Of a stretch of DNA of 49,035 nt, positions 34,789 through 44,495 are shown one piece after another (position 1 is the stretch's first letter; each line of letters opens with the position of its first letter). Origin of the DNA: Actinomycetota bacterium (lineage in GTDB: Bacteria > Actinomycetota > UBA4738 > HRBIN12); the NCBI GenBank assembly GCA_035535815.1, contig DATLPI010000121.1, forward strand, positions 1 through 49,035. The letters are read 5' to 3'. The notes below the pieces were generated by a model. That model worked only from the letters and a program-made list of their open reading frames with translations. It did no database searches and was not told where the DNA came from. Made by a program: the position numbers and the translations under genes.

Positions 34789-36141
34789 CTACAGGTCGGC
34801 CAGCGATGACTCCAGCCCACGGATGAACGTCGGATAGGGGTAGATCAGATCCTTCAGCGTCTGGATCGGCACCTGGGCGCGCACCGCCAGCATGACGATG
34901 CCCAGCATCTCGCCGGCGGCCGGGCTCATGATCGAACCGCCCACGAGCACGCCGCGATCGGCGTCGGCGATCAGCTTGATCACGCCGTGTTCGGCGTTCG
35001 TCCCGTGGATGGAGCCGCGGGTGGAATAGCTGGTGTCGGAGACGCCCACCCTCACCTGGATCCCGGCGTCGTCGGCTTGCTGTTCGGTGAGCCCCACGCT
35101 CGCCACCTCCGGATCGGTGAACGTGACTCGCGGCACCGCCGAGTAGTCGGCGGGGGCGTGCGCCTGGCCGAGGATGTCGGCGGCTGCGATCCGTCCCTGA
35201 TAGGTGGCGACGTGGGTGAACCCGCCTTTGCCGGTGATGTCCCCCACCGCCCAGAGGCCGTCGGCCGCGCGCATCCGGTCGTCCACCTCGATCGAGCGGG
35301 CTGAAGCGTCGAGCCCGGCGGCGGCCACGCCGATCGCCTCGAGATCGCTGCGCCGCCCCGTGGCGACGAGGAGCCGGTCCCCTTCGACCCCGGAACCGTC
35401 GGACAGGACCACCCGTACGCCGTCGCCCACCGACGAGACCCGTTCTGCCTTGACGCCGAGGCGGAGCGTGATCCCTTCGTCCGACAGGACGCGGCCGAGC
35501 GCCTCGCCGTTCTCGGGTTCCTCGAGGGCCAGCACGCGGGCTGCGGACTCCACCACGGTGACGTCGGCGCCGAACCGGTGGAAGACCTGCGCCAGCTCCA
35601 GGCCGATCGCGCCGCCTCCGAGCACGATCAATCGGCCGGGCACGTCGGTCGCCTCGATCGCGCCCCGGTTCGTCCAGTACGGCGTCTCGCTCAGTCCCTC
35701 GATGGGTGGGATCGCGGGTTCGCCGCCGGTGGCGAGCACGACCCCGCGCTCGGCCTCGAAGACGGTGCCGTCGACCTCGACGGAACGCGGACCGCGGAGC
35801 CGCGCCGTGCCACGCACGATCTTCGTGCCCTGGGCCTCGTGCCGTTCGACCGCGGCTTCGTCGTTCCAGTCGGCGGTGAACTCCCGGACGCGCGCCGCGA
35901 CCTTCGCCCACTCGGGATCGATTCGCAACGAGCCGGCCAGACCGATGGCTCGCGCCGCTTCGGCGAGGGAATCGGCCGCGCGCACCATGACCTTCGACGG
36001 CACGCAGCCCCAGTAGGGGCATTCGCCGCCCACGAGCTTGCGTTCGATGCCCAGGACGCGGAGACCACCGTCGGTGCACCGACCGGCGACCTCCTCGCCT
36101 CCGGGGCCCATCCCCATCACGATGACGTCGGCGTCGCTCAC
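34789..36141 (-). CDS. Class I pyridine-nucleotide-disulfide oxidoreductase (dihydrolipoyl-dehydrogenase/mercuric-reductase-like)
   Basis: GTG at 36141 follows GGAAGGA. DVIVMGMGPGGEE is the FAD GxGxxG motif and GGECPYWGCVPSK is the redox CxxxxC. An NAD(P) GxGxxG motif (VLGGGAIGLE) and a C-terminal dimerisation domain are also present. Confidence 0.85.
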   Translation of the reverse strand: MSDADVIVMGMGPGGEEVAGRCTDGGLRVLGIERKLVGGECPYWGCVPSKVMVRAADSLAEAARAIGLAGSLRIDPEWAKVAARVREFTADWNDEAAVERHEAQGTKIVRGTARLRGPRSVEVDGTVFEAERGVVLATGGEPAIPPIEGLSETPYWTNRGAIEATDVPGRLIVLGGGAIGLELAQVFHRFGADVTVVESAARVLALEEPENGEALGRVLSDEGITLRLGVKAERVSSVGDGVRVVLSDGSGVEGDRLLVATGRRSDLEAIGVAAAGLDASARSIEVDDRMRAADGLWAVGDITGKGGFTHVATYQGRIAAADILGQAHAPADYSAVPRVTFTDPEVASVGLTEQQADDAGIQVRVGVSDTSYSTRGSIHGTNAEHGVIKLIADADRGVLVGGSIMSPAAGEMLGIVMLAVRAQVPIQTLKDLIYPYPTFIRGLESSLADL

Positions 36142-36276
36142 ACCCTGATCCTTCCGCTCGGAGGCCCGTGCCCACGGTAGGGTCGCACGATGGGCGTCCG
36201 TCGGTACATCACCTTGCCGCCGTGCGGCCTCGGCGTGCCGGACGGCGCCCTCGATCCCGTGCGGGTCGGCTGCTGA

Positions 36277-37119
36277 GTGGCCGATCCCGCCCGCCTGCGC
36301 AGCCGGACGCTCGACCGACCGTGGGGGCGCATGCACGTGTGGGAAGCCGGCCCCGACGACCCGGCTGCGCCCACGGTCCTCGCCGTCCACGGCCTGGGCG
36401 GGTCCGGCCGGTACTGGCAGGGGCTGGCCAACCGGACGGCCGGCACCCACCGGCTCATCGCCCCCGACCTCGCCGGGTTCGGCCGTTCCGACGAACCGAC
36501 GCTCGACGCCGACCGCGCACTGCACCTGGCCGATCTCGACTCGGTGATCGAGGCCACCGCTCCGCCATCGCCGGTCTGGGTGGTCGGCCACTCGCTGGGC
36601 GGCGTCCTGGCCGCGCTGTGGGCGAGTAACCGGCACGAGCGCGTGGCGGGTCTGGCACTCGCCGCTGCGCCCTTCCCTACCGGCAAGGCGATGGACTTCC
36701 GATCCCGGGCGGACCTTCAGGCTTCGCCGGTACGACGGGCGATGGGCCGGGGCGTCCGAACGATCTGGCCGGTGATCGCCGTGCCGGTGGGCCTGGCGCG
36801 CGGCTACCCGCCCGCCACCGTGATCGACTTCGGCCGGCAATCGATCCGCAGCCGGGCGTGGACCATGTGGTCGTTATGGTCCGACCCGTCGTTGGTCGAG
36901 GAGATCCAGCGGGTCGGTACGCTCGATGGGTCGCTCCCGGCGCTGCTCGCTCACGCGCGTGATGACCGGACGGTGCCGATCGCCGCCCACGGGGGCTGGA
37001 CGCGCCTGCTCCCACACGCCGAAGAACACGTGATCGAGGTCGGCGGCCACCAGTTCCTGCTCCGCACCGGCTTCGAGCCGGTGACGAGCTGGCTCAGAAC
37101 ATCTTCTGGAACTTCGTGA
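36277..37119 (+). CDS. Alpha/beta-fold hydrolase
   Basis: ...VLAVHGLGGSGRYW... and the nucleophile elbow GHSLGG are present. The 3' end overlaps the convergent surface-protein gene by 26 nt. Confidence 0.8.
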   Translation: MADPARLRSRTLDRPWGRMHVWEAGPDDPAAPTVLAVHGLGGSGRYWQGLANRTAGTHRLIAPDLAGFGRSDEPTLDADRALHLADLDSVIEATAPPSPVWVVGHSLGGVLAALWASNRHERVAGLALAAAPFPTGKAMDFRSRADLQASPVRRAMGRGVRTIWPVIAVPVGLARGYPPATVIDFGRQSIRSRAWTMWSLWSDPSLVEEIQRVGTLDGSLPALLAHARDDRTVPIAAHGGWTRLLPHAEEHVIEVGGHQFLLRTGFEPVTSWLRTSSGTS

Positions 37120-39793
37120 AGCTGCCCGCCGCCGGGTTGCCGGCGAGGTCCTTGATCGTGGCTGACGGCACGTAGACGACCGTGACGTCGCCGACCGAGG
37201 CCAACGACGCGCAGCCCGTCCCCGTGCACGAACCAGCGATGCGGACGGTCACCGTGTCCTGCGCCGCTCCTCCTTGGAGCAACAGCAACGACGACGCCCA
37301 CGAAGCCGTGCCGGTGTCGAGCGTGACGTAGTTGTTGGACTTGATGTCCATCGAACCCTGGATGAAGTTGCTGATGGTCAGCAGGTCGTTGCCCGAGCCC
37401 GCCGGGTCGGTGATCGTCAAGTTCGTCGTCGACGGGATCGAGGACGGCAACAGCGCCTCGCTCCACTCCGACGTCAACTCGTCGCACGGCTCGGCCACAC
37501 CGCCGTTCGACGGCGCACCGCTGCACACCCCGCTGGTGTTGTGACCCTTGCGGAACCCGACCGCCACGGGGCTCGCCTTGTCGGTAGGTGCCACCGCCGA
37601 GAACGCGGCACGGTTGCCGGCGGCGTCCTGGATCTGGTTCGGCGTGGCAAGTTGCACGCGGAACAATCCCACGGCGGTGTCGGGCTGGTTCTGCTCGTTG
37701 CCGATCGACAGGACGGCCTGGTTCCCGGCGATCGCGACCGACTGCAGGGAGCTGCCCGAGGGCACGTTGGTCAGCACCCAACCGGACGTGCACGGAGCGG
37801 GACACACGGCGAGGTTCTCGTTGAAGGTGACGACCACCTGATCGACGAACCCGTCCGCATCGATGTCGAACATCTGCGTCGCCGTCCTGGACGGGGCCGT
37901 GGTGTCGCCACCGAGGGCCGGGTCCTTCACGGCGTTGAAGCGCACCACCTCGTCGTCCCCGTGGTCCGGGTCGTTCGCGAGGCCGTCGACGGAGGCGGTG
38001 TTGACCACCGTCTGGGGCTGCGCCGGAGCGGTCACCGGGATCGTGATCGTGTCCACATCGTTCGCGTTCATGGCACCGAGCGCGCAGGTGACGGTGGTGG
38101 TGCCGGAGCACGAACCCGACGTCGTCGTGGCCGCGCCCGCCGGCGAGACGTTGCCCGGCAGGGTGTCGGTGACGGTCACGCTCGGGTCGCTGTCGGGGCC
38201 TTGGTTCAGCACGGTGAGCACGTAGGAGAACGCGCTGCCCTGGTCGATCTTCGCGGCGTTGGCCGGCGACATCGTGAGGTTGAGGTCGGCGCCCGCGACG
38301 GCGTTCACCGTGGTGTTGGCGCTCGAGCTGTTGTTCGCCGCGTTCGGGTCGTTGCCGACGGCCGTGACGTTCACGGTGTTGTTCAACGAACCGGCGCTGC
38401 CGGGCGTCACGGTGATCGTGGGCGCCGTGGAGCCGCCGGCCGCGATCGTGCCGAGGTCGCACGAGACCGAGTGCGTGCCCGACGAGTAGGTGCAGCTCGG
38501 GGACGCGCTCACGAACGTCGCCGAGGCCGGGAGGTTGTCGGTGAGGGCCACGCCGGCGGCCGCATCAGGCCCGGCGTTCGTCACGGTCGCGGTGTACGTG
38601 AGGGACGAACCCGCGTCGACGGGATCGGGTGTGTCGGCCAGGGACACACCCACGTCGATCGAGGCGGAGACGGCGTTGTCCGTCCACTGGGCGAAGTTCA
38701 ATTGTTTGGTCTGGGCCACGCGCGTGAAGTCACCGCCGACGTACAGGTTCGCGTTGAAGCCACGCACCGCGAAGACACCGAGGAACCCGGCCGTCACGTT
38801 GGGGAGCCAGGACTGGTCGAGCACGCCCGTGACCGGGTCGGTCCTCACGAGCTGGTTGACGGCGATGCTCGTGTACTTGAAGAAGTGCCCGCCGAAGTAC
38901 GGCACGCCGTTCAGGGTGCTGACGGCCTGCACGTTGCCGTCGGTCTTCTTCTCCCACAGCTTCGCGCCGGTCGTGGCGCTGACCGCGACGGCCTTGCCGC
39001 CACCGCCGCCGCCCGCCAGGTAGATGCGGCTGGGACCACCTTCGATGTCGAGGATGGGATAGGTGGGGTGGTAGCAGGTGGAACACGCCGAGGCGCCGCT
39101 GGAGGCATCGAGGCCGGCGAACCGCCGCTGGTCGGTGCCGTTCACCTGGACGAAGTTGCCGCCGATGAACACCCGCGTCCCCTGCACCACGATGTCACGC
39201 ACGAGGCCATCGGTGGTAGGGACCCACGTGGTCGAGATCGAACCGTCGACCGGGCTCAACGCCGCGAGCTTGGCGCGGGGCGTCGAGCCGAGGGTGTTGA
39301 ACGAGCCGCCGATGTAGACCTTGTCCGAGGTCACGGCGACCGCACGCACGACGGTGTTGGGCGATCCGGCAGGCTTCCAACTGGAGAGCGCGCCGGACGG
39401 GAGGTCGAAGGCGGCGACCATCTTGCGGGCCTGTCCACCCACCGTGGTGAAGTTCCCGACCGCGTACAGGCGGGAACCGTCGGGCGAAGCCGCAAGGCCG
39501 AAGACCGGGCCGCTGACGTTGGGGTTGAAGGAGGTGGGTTCACCCGTGGCGGCGTCGATCGCGGCGAGGTGGTTGCGCGCCATGGTGGCGCCGTTGTCGG
39601 CCTCGAGCGCGGTGAACTCCCCACCCAGGTAGATCGTGCCACCCACCCGCAGGATGACGCTGACCTGGTTGCTGGTGCCCCAGGTGTCGTCGGGCAGAAG
39701 CGACAGGGTTGCGCCGGCGGGGACCATGCCAGCCAATCCGATGACGATGGCGAGCAGCGAGAAGAGCGAAATCGTTCGAAGGTTGCGCCTCAT
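37094..39793 (-). CDS. Large secreted surface protein: propeller-type repeats, 2x DUF11 repeat, Ig-like domains
   Basis: A signal peptide (MRRNLRTISLFSLLAIVIGLAGMVPAGA) leads the protein. It is followed by about 50-aa repeats ([IV]Y[IL]GG.F...AA.D...G) and two DUF11-type units (...LTYTATVTNAGPDAAAGVALTDNLP... and ...FSYVLTVLNQGPDSDPSVTVTDTLP...). The C-terminal domains are SbsA-Ig-like. Confidence 0.8.
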   Translation of the reverse strand: MRRNLRTISLFSLLAIVIGLAGMVPAGATLSLLPDDTWGTSNQVSVILRVGGTIYLGGEFTALEADNGATMARNHLAAIDAATGEPTSFNPNVSGPVFGLAASPDGSRLYAVGNFTTVGGQARKMVAAFDLPSGALSSWKPAGSPNTVVRAVAVTSDKVYIGGSFNTLGSTPRAKLAALSPVDGSISTTWVPTTDGLVRDIVVQGTRVFIGGNFVQVNGTDQRRFAGLDASSGASACSTCYHPTYPILDIEGGPSRIYLAGGGGGGKAVAVSATTGAKLWEKKTDGNVQAVSTLNGVPYFGGHFFKYTSIAVNQLVRTDPVTGVLDQSWLPNVTAGFLGVFAVRGFNANLYVGGDFTRVAQTKQLNFAQWTDNAVSASIDVGVSLADTPDPVDAGSSLTYTATVTNAGPDAAAGVALTDNLPASATFVSASPSCTYSSGTHSVSCDLGTIAAGGSTAPTITVTPGSAGSLNNTVNVTAVGNDPNAANNSSSANTTVNAVAGADLNLTMSPANAAKIDQGSAFSYVLTVLNQGPDSDPSVTVTDTLPGNVSPAGAATTTSGSCSGTTTVTCALGAMNANDVDTITIPVTAPAQPQTVVNTASVDGLANDPDHGDDEVVRFNAVKDPALGGDTTAPSRTATQMFDIDADGFVDQVVVTFNENLAVCPAPCTSGWVLTNVPSGSSLQSVAIAGNQAVLSIGNEQNQPDTAVGLFRVQLATPNQIQDAAGNRAAFSAVAPTDKASPVAVGFRKGHNTSGVCSGAPSNGGVAEPCDELTSEWSEALLPSSIPSTTNLTITDPAGSGNDLLTISNFIQGSMDIKSNNYVTLDTGTASWASSLLLLQGGAAQDTVTVRIAGSCTGTGCASLASVGDVTVVYVPSATIKDLAGNPAAGSFTKFQKMF

Positions 39794-39973
39794 GATGTTC
39801 CGCCCCCTCCCAGGGCGAATGCCTTCCGGGGAGAATCCCGAGATACTACTCCGAACGCACTAGGGAGCAACCCCCACGCCGATAATCGACCCGTTCGTCC
39901 TAGTGCCGATGCGCCGAGGAGGTACCTCTACCAGCGGGCGCGATGTCGATCCACGACGCCGCGCGACCCTCGG

Positions 39974-40654
39974 TCAGGGCAGGCGGACCGGCCGGATCAC
40001 GGGGAAGAACGACGGCGGTGCCTCAGCGGAGGGTCGGTCGAGCAGCGGATCGAGGCGATCGGCGGGCAGCAGGTCGACCGCGTAGGCATCGAGCAGCTGG
40101 GCTTGGAGCCGCGCGGGATCGATGCCGGACGGGGTGGTTCGCCGGCCGTCCGGAAGCTCGATCCCCTCCCGATGGTCCCGACACAGCACCGAGGCATGGC
40201 CGTCGAACGCGTGCACGACGGCCGGGGTGCCCGGTCCGGGCTCCACCCAGGCGCAGAGCACGCACACCAATCGCAGGCGGGCCGGGTAGGCGTAGGCGGC
40301 GCGCCAGCCGCGTTCGTGTTCGATCACGCGACCCCACAGCGCCACGGTGCCGACCACCGAAGGCGGCGGGTACGCCGGGACCGTGTCACGGGCGAAGTCC
40401 TCGAGGGAGCGGTGCGCATAGATGCCGCATCGGCACCGCTCGCCCGGACTCTCGTGGACGGGGCGTCCGATCGACAGCAACCGGTTGAGGCCGCATCGAG
40501 CCGTGGAGGCGGCGCGTGGCTGCCACGTGTCGATCCCCACGCCGGCGCCGGCCGGGAGCAGCCGCGGCGTCCCGAGCGCGAGATGCCACGTGCGCCAGCC
40601 GACGATGGGCTCGTCGGTCGGCGCGACGACCTCGAGGGGTCGGGCCGCACCCAT
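39974..40654 (-). CDS. Conserved-looking hypothetical protein with two Cys/His clusters
   Basis: I place the start at ATG 40654, because the track start at 40705 would leave only 14 bp to the divergent ybaK-like gene. Motifs are GWRTW, C-x12-H-x6-CRCGIYA, LWGRVIEHERGWRA and CVLC...H...H...C.DH. Confidence 0.5.
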   Translation of the reverse strand: MGAARPLEVVAPTDEPIVGWRTWHLALGTPRLLPAGAGVGIDTWQPRAASTARCGLNRLLSIGRPVHESPGERCRCGIYAHRSLEDFARDTVPAYPPPSVVGTVALWGRVIEHERGWRAAYAYPARLRLVCVLCAWVEPGPGTPAVVHAFDGHASVLCRDHREGIELPDGRRTTPSGIDPARLQAQLLDAYAVDLLPADRLDPLLDRPSAEAPPSFFPVIRPVRLP

Positions 40655-40719
40655 CGTTCGAGGGTGCGCCCCACCGGCGTGAACCGCAAGGGAGCCGCTG
40701 GGCATTACGCTGCGCCGCG

Positions 40720-41211
40720 ATGGCTCCCGACGACGTGCGCACGCCCGCTACTCAGGCGCTCGAAGGCTCCGGCCTCGCCTTCGAGGTGGTGCGATTCGAG
40801 CCGCCGTCGAGCGCGCAGGAGAGTGCGGACCGCCAGGGAATCGACCTCGCCTCGTTGCTGCGCACGATCGTCGTGCGGCGTGGAGCCGACGACTTCGTCT
40901 TCGTGCTGGTGCCGGGAGGACGGCAGATCGCCTGGCCGAAACTCCGGTCGCACCTGGGGGTCAAGCGCATCTCGCTGCCCGACGCCGAGGAGGCCAGGGC
41001 CGCGACGGGCTACGAACGGGGCGCCATCACGCCCTTCGGCTCCATCAACCCGTGGCCCGTGATCGCCGATGCGACCGTGGCTGCGCTCGGCCGCGTCGCC
41101 ATCGGCGGCGGCGCCCGCGGGGTGAACCTGCATCTCGATGCGCACGACCTGATCGGTGCGACCCACGCCGAAGTCGCGGACGTCACCGTCGAGGCGGCGG
41201 AGTCGGACTGA
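40720..41211 (+). CDS. YbaK/EbsC-type aminoacyl-tRNA editing (deacylase) domain protein
   Basis: From the ATG at 40720 the 163-aa product contains ...RTIVV......VFVLVPG....W.KL...LG.KR.SL.......ATGYERGAITPFG..., a YbaK-like pattern. Confidence 0.75.
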   Translation: MAPDDVRTPATQALEGSGLAFEVVRFEPPSSAQESADRQGIDLASLLRTIVVRRGADDFVFVLVPGGRQIAWPKLRSHLGVKRISLPDAEEARAATGYERGAITPFGSINPWPVIADATVAALGRVAIGGGARGVNLHLDAHDLIGATHAEVADVTVEAAESD

Positions 41212-41223
41212 GCCCGCCCCGGC

Positions 41224-44200
41224 TCAGGAACCGACCGGGCCGCCCACCGACATAGGCGGTCTGGTGAGCGATCGGGTCAGCTCGATGCGGGTGCCGCCGG
41301 CCTCGCGGTCGACCACCACCTCATCCATCAGGGTCCGCATGATCATCAGGCCGTTGCCCCGGACGGGATCCGGATCGCGTTCGGCCCACCGTCCGTCGTC
41401 CGCCACGTGCACCACGACCCGATCGCCGTCGATCCAGCCGCGGAACTCGATGGAGCCCTCGGGCGTGGGGCGGGCATGCTCGACCGCGTTCGCGAGGGCC
41501 TCGCTGCTCGCGAGGATCAGTTCCTCCACGATGCCCTCGGGAACCTGGTGGACCTCCAGCCAGGTCCGGAGCGCGGCTCGCGCGGGAGCGAGTGCACCGG
41601 GATCGCGCTCGATCACGCGGTGGAAGCTCGGTCGGAGCGTCACGGTGAGGATGGCGACGTCGTCGACCGACGTTCCCTCGTCGATCAGTTCAGCGGCCAG
41701 GGCATCGCCGAGACCGTCGCGGTCCGCGTCCTGTTCCGCCACGTGCTCCGCCGTTTGCCGCAGACGTTCGAGACCTTCGTCCAGGGATTCGTCGCGGCGC
41801 TCCACCAAGCCGTCGGTGTAGAGGACCACCGTGTCGCCGGGTTCCATCGTGGTCAAGGACTCTTCCCGGTGGGCGGGCTCCACCACCGCGAGCGGCACCG
41901 ACCGACCGCCTTCGAGGAACCGCGCCTTCCCGAGGCGATCCACGACCATGGGGGGAAGGTGTCCGGCGGAGGCGTAGCGCAACGTCCCCGTCGAGCACTC
42001 GAGTTCGGCGCTCGCCACCGTGGTCACCTCGGCTCCGGGCAGGTCCCTGGAGAACCGGTCGAGCGACGTCAAGAGCGAGGCAGGGCCGTGCGCCTCCTGG
42101 GAGAGGGCACGCCAGGCGACCCGCAGCTGTCCCATCGTCGCCGCGGCGGCGAGCCCGCGGCCCACCACGTCCCCGACGGCCATCGCCAACGTGTCCTCGG
42201 AGAGCTCGAGCGCGTCGTACCAGTCGCCGCCGACGTCGAGGATCTGGGCGGCCGACCGGTACAGCCCGTGGACGGAGGCCTGCGCGAGGACGGGGAGATC
42301 GGCCGGCAGCATCGCCCGCTGGAGCTCCTCGGCGGCGGCCCGGGTCTGATCGGATGTCTGGGCCCGACGCAAGGCCTGCGCGACCTGCGCGGACAACGCG
42401 CGGACCGCCTCTTTCACATCGGTGGACGGGAGATGCTGGGCATCCAGGACCAGCACGACGGCGCCGATCGGCGCTCCCTGGACCACCAGCGGCAGCGCCC
42501 ACACCCCGCGTCCCTCGGCGCCGGAGATGCCGAAGCCCGCCGGATACCGGGATCGGAACGCCTCGGTGGTTTCGGCCAGGACTTCGCGACCGGTCCTGAA
42601 GGCCTCGCTCGAGGCCGCCGCGTCATCGATCGCCAGTCGGGGCATCTGCGAGGCGTCATCGTCGGCCAGCCCGCGGACCGCCACGAACTCCAGGTACCCG
42701 TCTTCATGTGCCAGGGCCACACCACCGGCGATCGCCTTCGCGATCGCGATCACTCTGGTGAGCACGATCCCGGCAGCCGCCTCCGCCGTCGAGGCTCGCG
42801 ACAGCTCGACCGACAGCCGCCGCTGCGATTCGACGCGGGCCCGCTCACGCTCCGCCGTCGCGCGGGCCTCATCCACCGCGGCGAAGAGCCTCGCCTGCTC
42901 CAGCGCACGGGCCCCGGTCGAGGCGAGATCTTCCAGGAGCGTGCGATCGTCTTCGTCGAGGCGCCGGGAGGGCGGGAAGCGGAACCCGAGCGCGCCCAGC
43001 GTGGCTCGCGGCACGTTCAGAGGTACGACGGCGGTGGGGCCGTCCGGTGATTCCGTTCCCTCCGTGAAGACGCTGATCCCACTCGTGGCCACCCGCACGA
43101 TCGCGTGGTCGTCGTCCAATGGGAGCGGCCCCAGCGCCGTGGTCGCCTTGGCTCCCTCGATGGTGGTCTCCGACGCACCCACGGCGTCACGTACCGGGAC
43201 GATCTCGAGGGCGGTGCCTTCGTCGTCGAGGAGCCCGAGGGTGACCGACACGGCGCCCGTCGCCTCCTGGGCGCACCGCACCATGGCCTCCACGACGGCG
43301 TCGACATCGTGCGCATCGAGCAGCGCGGCGGCCATCGTCTGCATCGCCTCGTTGCGTCTCGCGTCGGCTCGCAGCCGCCGCCGCGACGCCTCCAGCGCCT
43401 CCTCGCGACGCCTCGCCAGGCTGATCGCGAGCTGCACCAGACCGGCGAGCGCGAGCGCCGCCAGGAGCAGACCGAGCGGGCCCACGAGATCGGTGTTCCC
43501 CGGAACGACGACGCCCACCAGCCACCGTCGGCCCCCGACGGACACCTCCCGTGTCACGGCGTCCGGCGCGACCGATGGATCGCCGTACAAGGCCTGGCCG
43601 CCATCCAGCACCACCAGCTGGGTGTCGGCCGGGAGCTGGTGTTGCACCACGGACACGAGCTCGTCGGTGCGATAGGCCGCCGTCACGTAGCCCACCTGGG
43701 CCGCCATCCGGTCCTCACTCGTCGCGAGCGGAACGCCATGCCGGTACAGGGGCGCGATCACGAGGAACCCGGGCTCTCCGGTGGTGGACAGCTGCAGCGG
43801 AGGGGTCAGCTGAGAAACGCCAGCAGCGAGCGCCGCGGTCGTGATGGGTCCGCGCGCCGGATCATTGCCCACATCGAGCCCGAGGACCGACCGACTGAGC
43901 CGGTTGGACGGAGTCACCGCGATCACCGGGTAGTAGCGCGCCCGATGGGGTGCTCGCACGTACTCACCGAGATCCACGCGATCGACGATCTCCAGCCCGG
44001 TGGCGCGTTCGAAGGCGTGGCGGTCCCGACCGGTGACGATCGTGCCCAAACCCAGGGCGGAGATCCCGGGCTGGACCCGTACCCCGCGGGCGAACGAGGC
44101 GAAGCGGCGGACGCTGACCTCGCCGTTTCGGCCCACCACCGCGCCCGCTCCTCGGAGCCCCGCCAGGAGCTGGTCGACGGTGGACCCGAGCGAGTCGGCG

Positions 44201-44373
44201 GCAGCGTCGGCGACCTCCCGTCGCTGACCCTCGACCTGGTCGCGTCGCAGGAGCGCCGAGGAGACCGCACTGACCACCGCGAGGACGATCAGCGCACAGA
44301 CGAGGAGCGTGCTGGGCCATCGCCGAACCAACCAGGGCCTGCCCCGACCCTCGCCGACATCACGGCCGATCAT
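41224..44373 (-). CDS. Membrane sensor: CHASE - TM - GAF - GAF - PP2C/SpoIIE phosphatase - RsbW-type HATPase_c
   Basis: An N-terminal TM precedes a CHASE-like ectodomain (...RDRHAFERATG...RARYYPVIAVTPSN...LGLDVGNDPARG...GFLVIAPLY) and a second TM. Two GAF-like regions follow. The PP2C motifs are DVGGDWYD, VGDVVGRG and LYTDGLVE. The C-terminal HATPase has an N-box (EALANAVEH) plus DDGRW and GNGLMIM. Confidence 0.85.
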   Translation of the reverse strand: MIGRDVGEGRGRPWLVRRWPSTLLVCALIVLAVVSAVSSALLRRDQVEGQRREVADAAADSLGSTVDQLLAGLRGAGAVVGRNGEVSVRRFASFARGVRVQPGISALGLGTIVTGRDRHAFERATGLEIVDRVDLGEYVRAPHRARYYPVIAVTPSNRLSRSVLGLDVGNDPARGPITTAALAAGVSQLTPPLQLSTTGEPGFLVIAPLYRHGVPLATSEDRMAAQVGYVTAAYRTDELVSVVQHQLPADTQLVVLDGGQALYGDPSVAPDAVTREVSVGGRRWLVGVVVPGNTDLVGPLGLLLAALALAGLVQLAISLARRREEALEASRRRLRADARRNEAMQTMAAALLDAHDVDAVVEAMVRCAQEATGAVSVTLGLLDDEGTALEIVPVRDAVGASETTIEGAKATTALGPLPLDDDHAIVRVATSGISVFTEGTESPDGPTAVVPLNVPRATLGALGFRFPPSRRLDEDDRTLLEDLASTGARALEQARLFAAVDEARATAERERARVESQRRLSVELSRASTAEAAAGIVLTRVIAIAKAIAGGVALAHEDGYLEFVAVRGLADDDASQMPRLAIDDAAASSEAFRTGREVLAETTEAFRSRYPAGFGISGAEGRGVWALPLVVQGAPIGAVVLVLDAQHLPSTDVKEAVRALSAQVAQALRRAQTSDQTRAAAEELQRAMLPADLPVLAQASVHGLYRSAAQILDVGGDWYDALELSEDTLAMAVGDVVGRGLAAAATMGQLRVAWRALSQEAHGPASLLTSLDRFSRDLPGAEVTTVASAELECSTGTLRYASAGHLPPMVVDRLGKARFLEGGRSVPLAVVEPAHREESLTTMEPGDTVVLYTDGLVERRDESLDEGLERLRQTAEHVAEQDADRDGLGDALAAELIDEGTSVDDVAILTVTLRPSFHRVIERDPGALAPARAALRTWLEVHQVPEGIVEELILASSEALANAVEHARPTPEGSIEFRGWIDGDRVVVHVADDGRWAERDPDPVRGNGLMIMRTLMDEVVVDREAGGTRIELTRSLTRPPMSVGGPVGS

Positions 44374-44407
44374 CGGAGAAGTCTGTCACACGCCCTTCCT
44401 CCGACGC

Positions 44408-44425
44408 CCGTACGCTTGCGTACGG
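44408..44425. promoter_or_regulatory. Perfect inverted repeat CCGTACGC-TT-GCGTACGG
   Basis: Read directly from the sequence. It lies in the 122-bp divergent intergenic region between the mega-sensor and the STAS gene. Confidence 0.35.
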
Positions 44426-44495
44426 ACGGTGCTCCCGGGCACGAGTTACCGTGACGCCCTCGCGAAGCCCTGTCTTCGCCGATGGAGCATCCGAG

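Noticed and set aside
34789-36840. 683-aa ORF for the flavoprotein, and 507-aa ORF 34652-36175
   Set aside because: The FAD GxGxxG motif lies right after the in-frame GTG at 36141, which has a good SD. The upstream 233 codons overlap the divergent hydrolase gene region. The 507-aa ORF is an Arg-rich out-of-frame shadow.
37274-41062. 1262-aa ORF on the + strand
   Set aside because: It is antisense to the signal-peptide-bearing surface-protein gene and the Cys/His protein gene. It has an Arg/Gly/Asp-rich composition and no domains, and it runs across intergenic regions.
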